Source: Amphiscolops sp. MND2022 (taxonomy: Eukaryota). Taken from it: a stretch of DNA of 64,000 bases. This document shows, one piece after another, positions 32,037-44,292 of this stretch. Below the pieces are notes generated by a model. It saw only the letters and a list, made by a program, of their open reading frames with translations. It was not told where the DNA came from and searched no databases. A program made the translations under genes and the position numbers. Numbering within the stretch: position 1 is the first letter of the stretch; the number at the start of each line of letters is the position of its first letter. The stretch is taken from positions 73,844,001 through 73,908,000 of the forward strand of contig OZ076409.1 in the NCBI GenBank assembly GCA_964187785.1. The letters run 5' to 3'.

Positions 32037-32633
32037 TCGCCTGGATACACTACAATACTTTAGCGCTGTTGCGGTTGAGTGGCTTGTCGCCCTTTTGAGC
32101 CGTCAGTCACTCTCCGCAATTGAACTTAAAAATTTGATTTTGTTTATGGTAAAATAATTACCATTTTGTTTGAAATAAAAGCAAAGAAGTAAGCCTTTTT
32201 TGGGAACAACTAAAACTAATTGATTGTTTTAATCCCACAGGTTTTTTTCACTCAATTGTCTTCAGGTACTTTTTTTCAACGGGCATCTCTATCCCTAAGG
32301 TAATTAAGTAGATTTAAATTAAGTACTTTTTTTCAACGGGCATCTATATTCTTAAGGTAATTAAGTAGATTCTAAAATTTGAAGACATGTACTCTGATTA
32401 CATCAGCCTCATTAGGTGGAATCGACGATAAGCGTGGTTCCACTTTTCTTTTTTTGAAATCAAGTATAATAATGTAACGACAACCCTTCCGCATTCTCTA
32501 ACATCATTAACCACTCATTAACCTTTCAACCGACACCCGACTGACGACTCTTCTCCAATCACGTAAGTAACTACTTTCATATTTTTAACACTCTCCTGCC
32601 TACTGGAATCTTCGTTTTGCCGTCCACGTCTAG

Positions 32634-35198
32634 GTGCCAAAACCCAATGGTTTGCCAAACACTTCGAGGGCGGGGTAGGGCCCCCAGCCCGAGTCAAAAG
32701 TCGAAGACAAACAACTTAAGGCGATTGCTGGGATCTCCTATCGATTTTCTAAACGAGCCATACGATTTGGCTGAAATTTTGCATACGGCTTCCTATAACA
32801 ATCCTAAGAACTATTTCCTTCTGGCATTTTGCCCGGAAAAATCAAAAAGTGGGTCAAAATCTTAGTTTTTTGGTCAAAAAATGGCGTTTTTTTGGAAAAA
32901 AAATTTTTAAGAGCCAATATCTCGCTCCACAGGCCCCGGATCAAAAAGTGTACAATTGTTCGCGTGCTAGGCACTTCATGAACTGTCCGTAGACAAATTT
33001 TCGTCCAGATCGGATAAAAATTGATTGAGTAATAGAAAACTTTGAAAGTGATTTTGACGACTTTTTTCGAAAACCTAGTCTATCTCTGCCGTTTTTTGCC
33101 CAGATTTTTTTCCAGGACCTCTCCTAAAGGCCTCCCCTGGCCGGTTTACCTCCCAGAAAAACCATTTGGCCCTTTTGCCGCAGTTTCAGCGTTCCAGGAT
33201 TCCCCGGGTAAAAGATAAATGACTTAGAATTTTTTCAAAAATTTTTCAAAAATTTTTTTTCAACTTCAGGCCTCCCAAAGTCAAGAAACGTCCACACAAC
33301 TAGTATTGCAAGTGAATGCATGTGGAAAGTGCTCGAATAGACGAGAAAAATGAGCTATTATAAACCTCTGTAGCTCAACCTGACGTTGACTTATGACAAT
33401 TTTAGTGTGAGCTTGCTATGTGAGAAAAAATTTCAAAAATTGAAAATCGAGCTAAGTCTCATCCAAAACTCATCGGATTACGTTCAATCCACCCTAAAGC
33501 GGTTTAATTCCAGTTACTAAGTGCAGCAACACCATTCAAGGTCATTTAACCCATATTTATAATTTTTGACACCGTCTTATCCATTTGAAAGTTCGAAACA
33601 GTTGAGTACATTCCATCTCCCCTACGTGGGAGATGGTAATGTACTCGCAAAAAGCCAAGGTCCTACCGCCCTATTCTATCCGGCGTTGCATCAGAAATGC
33701 AGTAGCATGAGCTCCAGGTTGTTTGCAGTAGCCTTTACGTATGTTTTGACTATGTATTACAATTCTAACTCTGTTACTAAACATTAAAAAATTGTTTCAA
33801 TCTCAATTTTTTTTTCAACTTTAGTATGTCACCAATAAACATATATCTATCTTTCCTACTACAACCACCCTACCACCCGGCCCCTTGTCCACTGTTCAAC
33901 CGTGCACGTCTAGGTGCCGAAACCCAATGGTTTGCCAAACACTTCGAGGGCGGGGTAGGGCCCCCAGCCCGAGTCAAAAGTCGAAGACAAACAACTTAAG
34001 GCGATTGCTGGGATCTCCTATCGATTTTCTAAACGAGCCGTCAGATTTGGCTGAAATTTTGCATACGGCTTCCTATAACAATCCTAAGAACTAATCCCTA
34101 CTGGCGTTTTGCCCGGAAAATTCAAAAAGTGGGTCAAAATCTTAGTTTTTTGGTCGAAAAATGGCGTTTTTTTGGAAAAAATTTTTTTAAGAGCCCATAT
34201 CTCGCTCCCCGGTGCCCGTAGCGACCAGACCTCGGACGGTACTATTGCTGGGCACTTCGTAAGGAGTCCGTAGACAAATTTTCGTTCAGATCGGATGAAA
34301 ATTGACTGAGTAATAGCCGCAAATCCGACGAATTTTTCAGAAAATTTTGGTACACCTAGTCTATCTCTGCCGTTTTTTGCCCAGATTTTTTTCCAGGACC
34401 TCTCCTAAAGGCCTCCCCTGGCCGGTTTACCTCCCACGAAAACCATTTGGCCCTTTTGCCGCAGTTTCAGCGTTCCAGGATTCCTTGAGTAAAAGTAAAA
34501 TGACTTAGAATTTTCTCAAAAATTTTTCAAAAATTTTTTTTTCAACTTCAGACCTCCCAAAGTCAGGAAACTTCCACACAACTAGTATTGCAAGTGAATG
34601 CATGTGGAAAGTGCTCGAATAGACGAGAAAAATGAGCTATTATAAACCTCTGTAGCTTAACCTGACGTTGACTTATGACAATTTTAGTGTGAGCTTGCTA
34701 TGTGAGAAAAAATTTCAAAAATTGAAAATCGAAGCTAAGTCTCATCCAAAACTCATCGGAATACGTTCAATCCATACCAAATCGGTTTATTTCCAGCTGT
34801 CCAGTGCAGCAACACCATTAAAGGTCATTTAACCTACATTTATAAGTTTTGACACCGTCTTATCCATCCGAAAGTTCGAAACAGTTAAGTACATTCCATC
34901 TCCCCTCCGTGGGAGATGGTAATGTACTCGCAAAAAGCCAAGTACTATCGCCCCATTCTACCCGTAGTGGTGCTAGAAATGCAGTAGCGGGAGCGCCAGG
35001 CTGTTTAAAGTAGCCTTTACGGGAGTTGTGACTATGTATTACAAATCTAACTATGTTACTGAACGTGAAAAAGTTGTTTCAATCCCAAAATTTTTTTTTC
35101 AACTTTAATATGTCACCAATAAACATATATCCATCTTTCCTACTACAACCACCCTACCACCCGGCCCCTCGTATCTTTGTTCAACCGTACACGTCTAG
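32634..35198 (+). mobile_element. Two non-autonomous family-A units (32634-33913, 33914-35198)
   Basis: Homologous to 67-3892; lengths 1280 and 1285 bp; CTAG-GTG junctions. Confidence 0.85.
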
Positions 35199-36268
35199 GT
35201 GGTCAAGGGGGATGCCCATCAGAAAATATTGCGAGGCCGGGGAGGGTCCCGAGAGCCGAGCACAGTCTATCAATTCCTACCTTCAGGATTGCGAAGTATT
35301 TTAACCGATCTCGAAATTCACCCGTAGGATTTGTCTGAAACTTTGCATGTGGCTTTATCTCAAAAATTTAAGAATTTTTTTCCGCTGACGTTTTTCCAGA
35401 AAAATTCATTTTGAAGGGTTTTTTTGCGTTTTTTTGGTTTTTTTCATCTTTTTTCATCTTTGATTAATCAATGACCGAATCAAAGGCCATTTTCACCATG
35501 AAGGAAAGCCCGTAGCGGCAAAGTGCACTTTTATGAAAATCATCAACGGTCAACGGTCTTTCGAACGGTCCGAAAAAATTTCCCCCCGGGGGAAACCAAA
35601 GTGCCGAAAAGTGCCAAAATTAATTTTTTGACTGAATCACTTTGATCAAATTGATGATTTGAGCAGCCGGAACGGTCCGCACGGTCTCGGACAATAAGGT
35701 CAAAAATTGTCAGCATTCAATGGGGGTTCCAAAAATGTAATTCGTTCACCTGTAGGAGACATCAGAAAAAAGTTGATTTTTTGGGGTATATGTCATTATG
35801 AGTGATTGGATGAGAAATAATTGTATCACTTTCAGTTGGATATGATGCAGCACAGGAAGCAGCTGCAGCAAACTAGAAACTGGTTATGGGGCTGGGGTTT
35901 ACCCTCTGTATCGAGCAAAATAGCCCTAGGGCATAAGTTGTGCCAAAAAATGCCTCAAACTGATGATTTGGTTATTGCAAATCGATCAGCAAAATTTATT
36001 GTCACCGGTGTTCCGAGAGTTGCGCAGCATCTCGCAGGAACAACGGTGCTTGTTTAGAAAGCAAAAAACCACAAAATCCCTTGAGTTAGGTTGACGGCAG
36101 TCACCATAGACATTCACTCGTCAGGGTGATGATATTTATCGTTCAATCCCAGAATAACTTACAAAAAATTGCTAGCCTCAATATTTCTTTTTCATACTCC
36201 ATTAGCAAAGGTTGCGCTGTTAAGTTTAGGCCTTTTACTAGCAGTGCTCTAAATCGCTCCATCGCTAG
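35199..36268 (+). mobile_element. Non-autonomous family-B unit (1070 bp)
   Basis: Homologous end to end to 51250-52319, in a different neighbour context. Confidence 0.8.
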
Positions 36269-39200
36269 GTGGTTGGGGCGGTCCCCAGAACGCACAAGGA
36301 GGCGCGGGGAGGGTCCTGCGCCGACGTAGAATAATTTCATATAATACTAGTATCCTACATGGGTGTTTTAGAGGCGATTTTGGAATCTAACCGTAGGATT
36401 TGGATAATTTTTTGCATGCGGCCATAACTCGAAATTCTAAGAACTTTTTCCTACTGTCATTTTCCCCGCAAATTCTTTTTTGTTGACTTATGGCCGAAAA
36501 ACCGGAAATAACGTCCTTTTTAGACGTTATATCCGAAGTGTCGTCATAACTTTTTTCCAGGGCATGCTAGCGTTCTCGTTCACTTTTACACTTAGTTGCA
36601 GCATCTCAAAATACAACTGGTGGAAAATTTTGGTTGCATTCGGATCACCCCCCACCGAGATAGAAGGGTTCCCCCCTCCAGTTTTACCCCCCAAATTTGC
36701 AAAATAGCCAATTTTGAGCATGAAGCCGAGGATTTAGCGTACCCGCACCCTCCTGATGTTTTGTTGTACGTATTGGGGTCAATCTGACGACATGTGTGGT
36801 TTTCACCCCCAACCCCCCCTTGGACCGGAAATGACACTTTTTTGTGTTTTTTGGCAGAATTTAGCCTTTTTCATTATTAGGCAGTCGTTTTAGGGACTCC
36901 TAGCAGGATATCGAAATTGAAATACAACCTGATCACAACCCAGTGACAACATGTTGGCCACTTGGAGGTATCATCATGACCGGAAGTGGGGTCAACCCCC
37001 CTTTTTGTGACCGCTTTTTGACCTTGTGCACCAAAAATGCCAACATCTTGAGGCCTCATGAGGCATTCAAATCTGTACAAAGATAAAATGTTAGACAACC
37101 GAAGTCCCGGAAGATCTTTAGCATATACCGGAAGTTACCCCCCATGACCGGAAGTTACCCAATGTGACCGGAAATGGTCCAAAAATTAATGTAAAGTTGA
37201 ATTTTTCACTATTTCAAGACCACTTAATTGAAATTTTTCAATCTCAAAACTATCGTACTGGCTTGTTTTGCTGAATTTATGGAAATTGATGAGCTCTATC
37301 GCCCCCGATAGCCTTCGAAGTTGACCTTGCGTCAACTTTGGAGGCTATCGATAAAGAAAAATGAACAACAAAGTACATTGTTGCTCTCGTTTTTTTTCCC
37401 GTTGTTTTTCCTCAAACATTCTTGAGACATATACATGGCCGTTAGTTGAAATCAATATTTAGCCCATGTTATAGCTGGAGCAGCGAAGCGTTACACAGAC
37501 TAGTGTGGTTTTGAAATCACACTATTTAAATTAACAACTGACCGTCTTAGTCAACTCCACACATTCATACCAACGCCCACCGTCTGTGGGCATGCCGAGG
37601 CATGCCCTTCGACGACGTATGACGAATCCACTCCAACGACACCCGCAGTCCTCAGCTAGGTGGTCGGGTATTTTTTTTTACTCGTATATGACGTTTGCGA
37701 GGCTTTGGGGAGGGCCCCGTGCCGAGCCTGTACCGAAATTTACCACATACCAGAAGTGTCCGATTTAATCGAGATCTCAACAACTAACCGTTAGAATTCT
37801 CTGAAATTTTGCATGTGGCCCCTAATCAATGAGTAATGAAAAAGTGTAGGAGTGACGGTTGCTGAAAAACTTGTCTTTGTTGCACTTTTTGCGCAATTTT
37901 TGTCGCATTGTTGCGTTTTTTATGTCATTTTCGACTTTTCAAGCAAAAAACTCATAGATGCTTTGTTCCTAGCGTATCAAGTGTGGAGCACGAACAGTTG
38001 CAGCATCTTCCATTACGTACGCTGAGAAATTTTGGTTGCCCTCGGATTACCCCCCACAAAGATAGAGGGGTGCATCCGGGTATTTTTGACCCCTAAATTT
38101 GGGAAATTGCTAATTTTCGTAACAAAGCCGTAGATTTAGCGCGTGCACACCCTGCTGAAGATTTGTTAGGCATTTTGAGATAGATCCGATGACATGCGTT
38201 GAGTTCACCCCCATCACCCCCTTGACCGGAAATGAACGTTTTTGTGCACTTTCAGACCGGAAGTCTCCATTTTCACCGGTAAGGAGGCATTGTACGAGCA
38301 ACTAGCAGGATATCAAAAGTGAAGTATAACCTGGGGTCAACTTAATGACCACGTGTTGTCCAGTCATGGGTTTCGCTATGACCGGAAATGGGCTTAAAAC
38401 CCCCTTTTGGTAGTATTTTTATCAATTTTCCTTGTGCTTGGTCCACATTCAAGTTGCGTAAGTCAGTTGAACCAGTGAGAGCATAAAATATATATTCACT
38501 GCGTAGTCGTAACTGACACTGCCAGATACCGGAAGTAACCCCCTGTGACCGGAAGAGGTCAATTTTGACCGGAAATGGTCCAAAAAGTAGCGTAAATGCA
38601 GTTTTCAATGCTTTTTAAGGTCAAGTTATTAGTATTTTTCAATTTGAATGCTTGTTTCCACGCAAAAAGCTAACATCGTTGCATGTTTTGCTGAAGATTG
38701 GAAAAGTGATCACCATTATCACCCCCGATAGCCTTTCAAGTTGACCTTTGGTCAATCTTGAAGGCTATCTGTTCTTGAAACGAAAAATAGGAAAATTTTG
38801 TTTTTTCTTATTTTCCTTGATAATTTCCCTTAATTAATTTTGTTAAGCAAACCCTTTTGTTCAACTGAATGATCTGAAAAATGTTCAGAGGTGTCACCCT
38901 GGCAAGGATTATTTGACGTTGAAGTAAACTGAGATTGAGGGTAGTATTAGACAACATCACACACACTTACCAACGCCGACCGTCTGTGGGCATGCCGAGG
39001 CATGCCCTTCGACGACGTATGCCAAATCTGCGCCACCCGCACTATTGAGTGCGGTAGCCGCTAGGTGGTCGGGGCGGTCCCCAGAACGCACATGGAGGCG
39101 CGGGGAGGGTCCTGCGCCGACGTAGAATAATTTCATAAAATACTATTATCCTACATGGGTGTTTTGGAAGCGATTTTGGAACCTACCCGTCAGATTTTGA

Positions 39201-40459
39201 TAATTTTTTGCATGCGGCCGTAACTCAAAATTCTAAGAACTTTTTCCTTCTGCCATTTTCCCCGCAAATTGTTTTTTGTTGACTTATGGCCGAAAAACCG
39301 GAAATAACGTCCTTTTTAGACGTTATATCCGAAGTGTCGTCATAACTTTTTTCCAGGGCATGCTAGCGTTCTCGTTCACTTTTACACTTAGTTGCAGCAT
39401 CTCAAAATACAACTGGTGGAAATTTTTGGTTGCATTCGGAACACCCCCCACCGAGATAGAAGGGTTCCCCCCTCCAGTTTTACCCCCCAAATTCGCAAAA
39501 AAGCCAATTTTGAGCATGAAGCCGAGGATTTAGCGTACCCGCACCCTTCTGATGTTTTGTTGTACGTATTGGGGTCAATCTGACGACATGTGTGGTTTTC
39601 ACCCCCAACCCCCCCTGGGACCGGAAATGACACTTTTTTGTGTTTTTTGGCAGAATTTAGCCTTTTCCATTATTAGGCAGTCGTTTTAGGGACTCCTAGC
39701 AGGATATCGAAATTGAAATACAACCTGATCACAACCCAGTGACAACATGTTGGCCATTTGGAGGTACCATCAAGACCGGAAGTGGGGTCAACCCCCCTTT
39801 TTGTGACCGCTTTTTGACCTTGTGCACCAAAATGCCAACAACTTGAGGCCTAATGACGCATTCAAATCTGTACAAAGATTGAATGTTAGACAACCGAAGT
39901 CCCGGAAGATCTTTAGCATATACCGGAAGTTACCCCCCATGACCGGAAGTTACCCAATGTGACCGTAAATGGTCCAAAAATTAATGTAAAGTTGAATGTT
40001 TCACTATTTCAAGACCACTTCATTGAACATTTTCAATCCCAAAACTAGCGTACTGGCTTGTTTTGCTGAATTTATGGAAATTGATGAGCTCTATCACCCC
40101 CGATAGCCTTCGAAGTTGACCTTGCGTCAACTTTGGAGGCTATCGATTCTGAAAATGAACAACAGAGTACATTGTTGCTCTCGTTTTTTTTCCGTTGTTT
40201 TTCCTCAAACGTTCTTGAGACATATACATGGCAGTTAGTTAAAATCAATATTTTAGCCCATGTTATAGCGGGAGTAGCGAAGCGTTACACAGGCTAGTGT
40301 GGTTTTGAACTTACATTATTTTAAAATAAAAAAAGACCGTCTTAGTCAACGCCACACTTTCATAGCAACGCCCACCGTCTGTGGGCATGCCGAGGCATGC
40401 CCTTCGACGACGTATGACGAATCCGCTCCGCTCCCACGACGCCCGCAGTCCTCAGCTAG
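36269..40459 (+). mobile_element. Family-C unit (36269-37659), related family-D unit (37660-39064) and family-C unit (39065-40459)
   Basis: The two C copies are highly similar. All three are rich in accggaagt motifs and end with a gggcatgccgaggcatgccc hairpin ~50 nt before CTAG. Confidence 0.8.
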
Positions 40460-43400
40460 GTGGCCGGAAATTTTTTTTTCATCAAAATCTTTGCCATTGG
40501 GGGAGGGGCCCCGGATGGCCAGTAGTACGGCATAGCTCCCTACGGAATCCAGGCGGAAAAAACGTGATTTCGGAAACTAGCCGTCAGAACTTGCTCAAAA
40601 TTTGCATACGGCTTCCTATAACAATCCTAAGAACTAATCCCTACTGGCATTTTGCCCGAAAAACGCAAAAAGTGGGTCAAAATCTTAGTTTTTTGGTCAA
40701 AAAATGGCGTTTTTTCGAAAAAAAAATTTTTCAGAGACAATTACTCGTAACTGGTTCACCCAGCGCAATAACGCCTAGCTGATTTATTGTTGGGCACTTC
40801 ATGAGGAGTGCGTATACAAATTTTCGTCCAAATCGGATAAAAGTTGATTGAGAAATAACTGAAAATTTGAGGCATTTTTTTGGAAATTTTCGAAATCCCA
40901 GTCTATCTCTGCCGTTTTTTGCCCAGATTTTTTTCCAGACACTCTCCTAAAGACCTCCCCTGGCCGGTTTAGCTCCCAGCAAAACCATTTGGCCCTAAAT
41001 ACGGAGTTTCAGCGTTCTAGCATTCCCGGGCGAAAAGATGTGGGACTTAGAAAAAATTCAAAAATTTTCAAATTTTTTTTTGCGTTTCCCGGCCCCCCAA
41101 TGAAGGGGAACGACCCCCCAACTAGGATTTTTGGTGAATCCATGTGAAAAGGCCTTGTTTAGTGGAGCAAATTGCCGTTTAGAGCGACTTTTTATCTTAA
41201 CTTGACGTTGACCTCTGTCGTTTTGAATTTGATATTAGTATGTGTTGAGCATGTGAAAAGTTGATGATTTCAATTGTTCTCTCGTGTTCAAGCCATTGAG
41301 ATACAAGCGGTAGTGATCAAAATGTGATTTATCGTAATTTGGTGGTGCTTTTGGTGTATTTTGATTCTTTTAAATAAAAAGTTGTTCTTTATATATTTGG
41401 TGTATTGATTCAAATTAACAAGAAACAGTTGAGTACATTTCATCTCCCCCCTTGTGGGGGAGATGAGGATGTACCCGCTAAATGACACGCACAATGGCCC
41501 ACTTTTACTTTTATGCGACGTTTTCTAGGCTTTTGCACAAGCCCACTAATATTTAGACTGGTTTCCTTTTCTTTTACTACAAAATTTTCCGTACTAACCA
41601 CCTTACGCACCACCAGCTCATCGTAACATCTGTAACGCCAACGCCACATACTCTCACTAACGCCCACCGTCCGTGGGCATGCCGAGGCATGCCCTTCGAC
41701 GACGTATGCCAAATAGCGCCACAGGGCGCCCAATTTTGTCTAGGTGGTTAAGTGCGTCCCCTTACCTCTGTCGCCGGCGCGGGGAGGGTCCTGTGCCGGC
41801 GCCCCTTGTAGAAAATATACGTAAAGGATGGAAAAATATAAATGCGATTTTTTAAACTAACCGTTGGATTCGGCTAATTTTTTGCATGCAGCCTCCTTGG
41901 ACCAATATAAGAACAAACTCCTACTGGCGTTTTTCTGGGAAAATTTTTTTTGTTGACTTATAGACAATTTTAGGGTCAAAAAATGGCCTTTTTTTCAATT
42001 TTTTGCATTTTTTCGCTTTTTTTCGCAAAAAAGTGTAACTTCGTCCACACAACTAGTATTGCAAGTGGCTGCACGCGGAAAGCCAATGAACAGACGAGAA
42101 AAATGAGCTATAGAACGCTCGTCTACGACAACCTGACGTTGACTTATGGTAATTTGAGTAATCGCATTTTTTTGTTTTTGCCTCGAATTTGGTACTTAGT
42201 GACCCATATCTCACTATACAGTTGTCTGAGCAAGATCATTTATCATAACGTTTTTGTTGTCCATTGATAGTGCAACAACTGATCAGGAGTAAAGTTTTCT
42301 GTGAGACAACGTTGAAAAAAGATATTGGTGATTTTACACCCAGAAAAACGGTGTTTTGCGAACTTCAAATTTTTTTTTTCAACTTCAGGCCTTCCAAAGT
42401 TGAGAAACTTCCACACAACTAGTATTGCAAGTGAATGCATGTGGAAAGTGCTTGAATAGACGAGAAAAATGAGCTATTATAAAGCTCTGTAGCTTAACCT
42501 GACGTTGACTTATGATAATTTTAGTTTCAGCTTGCTATGTGTGAAAAAAATTCAAAAATTGAAAATGGAAGCTAAGTCTCATCCAAAACTCATCGGAATA
42601 CGTTCAATCCAAGCCAGAGCGGTTTGTTCCCAGTTGTAGAGTGCAGCAACACCATTCAAGATTATTTGACCCATTTTAATAGGTTTTTGACTCTGTCTTA
42701 TCCATCCGAAAGTTCGAAACAGTTGAGTACATTCCATCTCCCCTCCGTGGGAGATGGCAATGTACTCGCAAAAAGCCAAGTACTATTCCCCTTTTTATAC
42801 CTGCACTGGCCCTAGAAATTCAGTAGCGTGAGCTCCAGGTGGTTTGCAGTAGTCTTAACGTGTGTTGTAACTTTGCTACAAATCTAACTATGTTACTAAA
42901 CATGAAAAAATTGTTTCAATCCAAATTTTTTTCCAATCATTATATGTCATCAATATACATATATCCTTCCATTTACTACTACCTACCCCATCACCCGCCC
43001 CTCGCATCCCTTCATGGTGCAGCCTCTGGGTGCCGGGATTTCTATTCGATAAAGTATTTTGCGCGGTTGGGTAGGGCCCCGTGAGCGCGCCAGGGGATTG
43101 TGTTAGAACAACCGGAAATTCGGCATACGATTTTGGCGATTTTCTAAACTATCCATACGATTTGGCTCAAATTTGGCATACGGGTTCCTGAGACAGATAT
43201 AAGAACTAATTCCTACTGACGTTTTGCCCGGAAAATTTTTTTTGTTGCCCAAAATTGAAATTATCGGCAAAAAAATGCGATTTTTTTTGAAAATTTTTTT
43301 TTGAGAGGCCATATCTTTTTTCACGGAGCCCGGAGCGGGACGCGTTAAACTGATTATAAACTCTACGGTTCATGGGCTTTACGGAGAACCTAGGCTCGTT

Positions 43401-44292
43401 CCAATCGGACTTGTAGTCTTGGAGATATTACGGTATTTTTTGAGAATTTTTGAAAATTTTTTTAACGGTCCAGCTTATCTTTGCCATTTTTTCGAAAATG
43501 TACTCGCCTAAAGGCCTCCCCCTGGCCGAATTTACTCCCAGCAAAACCATTTGGCCCTAAATACGGAGTTTCAGCGTTCCAGCATTCCCGGGCGAAAAGT
43601 TGTGGGACTTAGAAAATTTTTTTGGAAACGCAAAATGTGTAAAGTCAACTTCTGGCCTCCCAAAGTCAAGGAACTTCCACACAACTAGTATTGCAAGTGA
43701 ATGCATGTGGAGAGTACTCGAATAGACGAGGAAAATGAGCTATAGAACGTCTCTGTAGCTTAACTTGACGTTGACTTATGACCTTTTGAGTGTTAGCTTG
43801 CTATGCGAGAAAAAATTCAAAACATGAAAATGGAAGCAAAGTATCGTCGAAAACCCATCATAAGATGTTCAACTCATCCTAGAGCGGTTTATTAACAGTT
43901 GTTTAGTAGAGCAACACCATTCATGATCATGTGACCCATTTTTATGGGTTATGAGATTGTCTTATTCATCCGATAGCCCAAAGCAGTTGAGTACATTCCA
44001 TCTCACATCCGTGTGAGATGAGAATGTACTCGCTAAAGTCCAGGTACTACAGCCCATTTTGGTTTTATGCGACGCTCTGTATGCAAATGAGCTTACTTGA
44101 AGTTTTTTTAGCTGATATTTTTTTAAACTGCACTTTGACTCTGACCTGACATACTGAATATTTAGTCCTTATAACATACACATAATTGACGTCAACGCCC
44201 CATCCTTGCATCAACGCCCACCGTCCGTGGGCATGCCGAGGCATGCCCTTCGACGACGCGCACCAAAATATTCCCCGAGCGCGTTAGCCTAG
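40460..44292 (+). mobile_element. Three mosaic A-related units (40460-41743, 41744-43029, 43030-44292; 1284/1286/1263 bp)
   Basis: They share family-A internal modules but have different 5' leaders. The first and third end with the gggcatgcc hairpin; the second has an A-like 3' part ending in CTGG. Confidence 0.75.

Larger units (their letters stand above)
19148..32633 (+). mobile_element. Autonomous Helitron/Helentron-like element 2 (13,486 bp): RepHel-GIY-YIG, SGNH-like gene, OB/Zn gene
   Basis: Bounded by CTAG-GTG junctions at 19144 and 32630. Family-A-like left end (~850 bp), right end shared with element 1, intact RepHel ORF. Confidence 0.88.
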
